A stretch of DNA of 64,000 nt from an uncultured bacterium (lineage in GTDB: Bacteria; Verrucomicrobiota; Verrucomicrobiia; Limisphaerales; UBA8199). This document shows, in pieces, positions 62,824-64,000 of this stretch. How positions within the stretch are numbered: the stretch's first letter is position 1; each line of letters starts with the position of its first letter. The notes beneath the pieces were generated by a model. It saw only the letters and a program-made list of their open reading frames with translations, searched no databases and had not been told where the DNA came from. The stretch is from NCBI GenBank assembly GCA_963749495.1, contig CAVVMW010000019.1, forward strand, positions 224,001 to 288,000, given 5' to 3'. A program made the translations under genes and the position numbers.

Positions 62824-62932
62824 AACCCCGAGCGGCCGTCTCGCGGCACGGGAGCGCTTACGAGTGAGGGGCGGCCCACGCGGGAGGTACTGCCTCGGAG
62901 GGGCTGCCGATCATAGGCTAACGCCCGCCATG

Positions 62933-63193
62933 TCACTTTTTCGGCTTATAGCCTTGCGGCAGCCGATCCCATTCCGGAGGCTCCGTGCTCGGAACCTGAG
63001 CGAGAAAGTCACCCAAGCCTTTGCCGGTCGCACGGGCAGCCCGCTCCTCCAGGAGCGGCTCCGCAACCAGGCGCGAGAGGCTTTGGGTCAGGGCAATGGT
63101 CACGAGCGCGTCCATGGACAAGTTCTTCGAGGCGGCCACTTCACGGGCCTTTGCGTGCAGGTTGTCCGGGAGATTCACGGTCAATGCGCTCAT
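62933..63193 (-). CDS. HicB-like / ribbon-helix-helix antitoxin
   Basis: MSALTVNLPDNLH..AREVA....LSMD.LV..AL...LEERAAR....FLAQVP..EP...D. Confidence 0.75.
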   Translation of the reverse strand: MSALTVNLPDNLHAKAREVAASKNLSMDALVTIALTQSLSRLVAEPLLEERAARATGKGLGDFLAQVPSTEPPEWDRLPQGYKPKK

Positions 63194-63194
63194 A

Positions 63195-63614
63195 TCAAAT
63201 GATTCTCAGGAACTCGCCCGGCCTCAACACGCCCACGCCGAATCGTTCAGCATCCCGGAAGTCCCCGCGGTTATGCGTGACAATATACCTTGATGCCGAC
63301 GCCAATGCCAGTTCCAAAATCAACTCGTCATCTGGATCAGCCAAAAAAGGACGAATCAGGTAGAATATCGCGTGGCGGTTGGCGCGGGCGGCCAAGTCAT
63401 CCAGAGACCTGTCCACCACCGCCAGCGAGCGCCCTTGGCGATGCTGCTCGCGCTTGAGCACGGCTTCGTACTCCAAAAGCAACCCGGTGGAAATGTTCCA
63501 CTGCCAACGAGCATCCCCTGCCGAGAACAGCCGCAGCATCTCGAACGAAGCGCCCGCGTTGGACCTCGCGGCAGCGACTAGCACATTAGTATCGATGACG
63601 ACTTGAATGGGCAT
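63195..63614 (-). CDS. PIN-domain toxin
   Basis: [37 protein letters not shown]. Confidence 0.9.
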   Translation of the reverse strand: MPIQVVIDTNVLVAAARSNAGASFEMLRLFSAGDARWQWNISTGLLLEYEAVLKREQHRQGRSLAVVDRSLDDLAARANRHAIFYLIRPFLADPDDELILELALASASRYIVTHNRGDFRDAERFGVGVLRPGEFLRII

Positions 63615-63718
63615 TCCGATTGCGCTGCACGATACGGGAGCGACCTTGATTCAACCAGAGTTTTCCGGGGGGATCGGTCCCATAGCGAACAATTCCGTCA
63701 TGCACCCTGGCACCCGAC

Positions 63719-63779
63719 GCTCGCCCCTCGCCACTTGGCACTCGACACTCGACCCTCGACCCTCGACCCTCGACCCTTG
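63719..63779. repeat. (CCCTCGA)n heptamers
   Basis: Read directly. Confidence 0.85.
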
Positions 63780-63782
63780 ACG

Positions 63783-64000
63783 ATGAGCGCGAAGTACTGG
63801 AAACGGTTGTCGCACGAGCAGGCGCTGTGGCGGCAGGGGCTGGATTGGGTCGCGGGCGTTGACGAAGCGGGTTGCGGCCCGCTGGCCGGGCCGGTCGTGG
63901 CTGCCGCCGTGGTTTTTCCGTGCGGTTGGCTGGAGCAGGGGCTTTGCGCCAGGCTCCGGGGCCTGAACGACTCGAAGCAGCTTGCCCAAGAGCAGCGCGA
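63783..64000 (+). CDS. rnhB: Ribonuclease HII, 5' part
   Basis: [21 protein letters not shown]...LNDSKQL. Confidence 0.95.
   Translation, partial: MSAKYWKRLSHEQALWRQGLDWVAGVDEAGCGPLAGPVVAAAVVFPCGWLEQGLCARLRGLNDSKQLAQEQR

Overview
This is GC-rich bacterial DNA. Its gene content (prepilin/H-X9-DG proteins, long C-terminally extended ECF sigma factor, BlaI/BlaR1-M56 pair, large CAZymes) suggests Verrucomicrobia subdivision 3 or another PVC organism (inference). The backbone comprises a GDP-sugar/glycosyltransferase cluster, sugar-catabolism genes, a complex I-like operon lacking nuoEFG but with four antiporter-type subunits, ECF sigma, blaI-blaR1, a GH2 gene and the start of rnhB. Nearly every intergenic gap holds palindromic REP/REPIN-like elements or 7/9-mer tandem repeats, and an intact RAYT-type Y1 transposase sits between its own inverted repeats. 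Two accessory islands (16.5-21.1 kb, 50.9-59.1 kb) carry an MTase-endonuclease module, many toxin-antitoxin genes, and fragments of RAYT, IS91-like and other transposases. The most unusual signal is that this cargo is repeatedly bracketed by diverged duplicates of the ends of neighbouring host genes, with no integrase in the window. The clearest case is a back-to-back fusion of a synonymously recoded nuoN tail and a GH127 tail. Several single-base frameshifts, including one in gmd, suggest long-read indel errors, so fusions and pseudogene calls need read-level confirmation. No CRISPR array, tRNA or rRNA was recognised.
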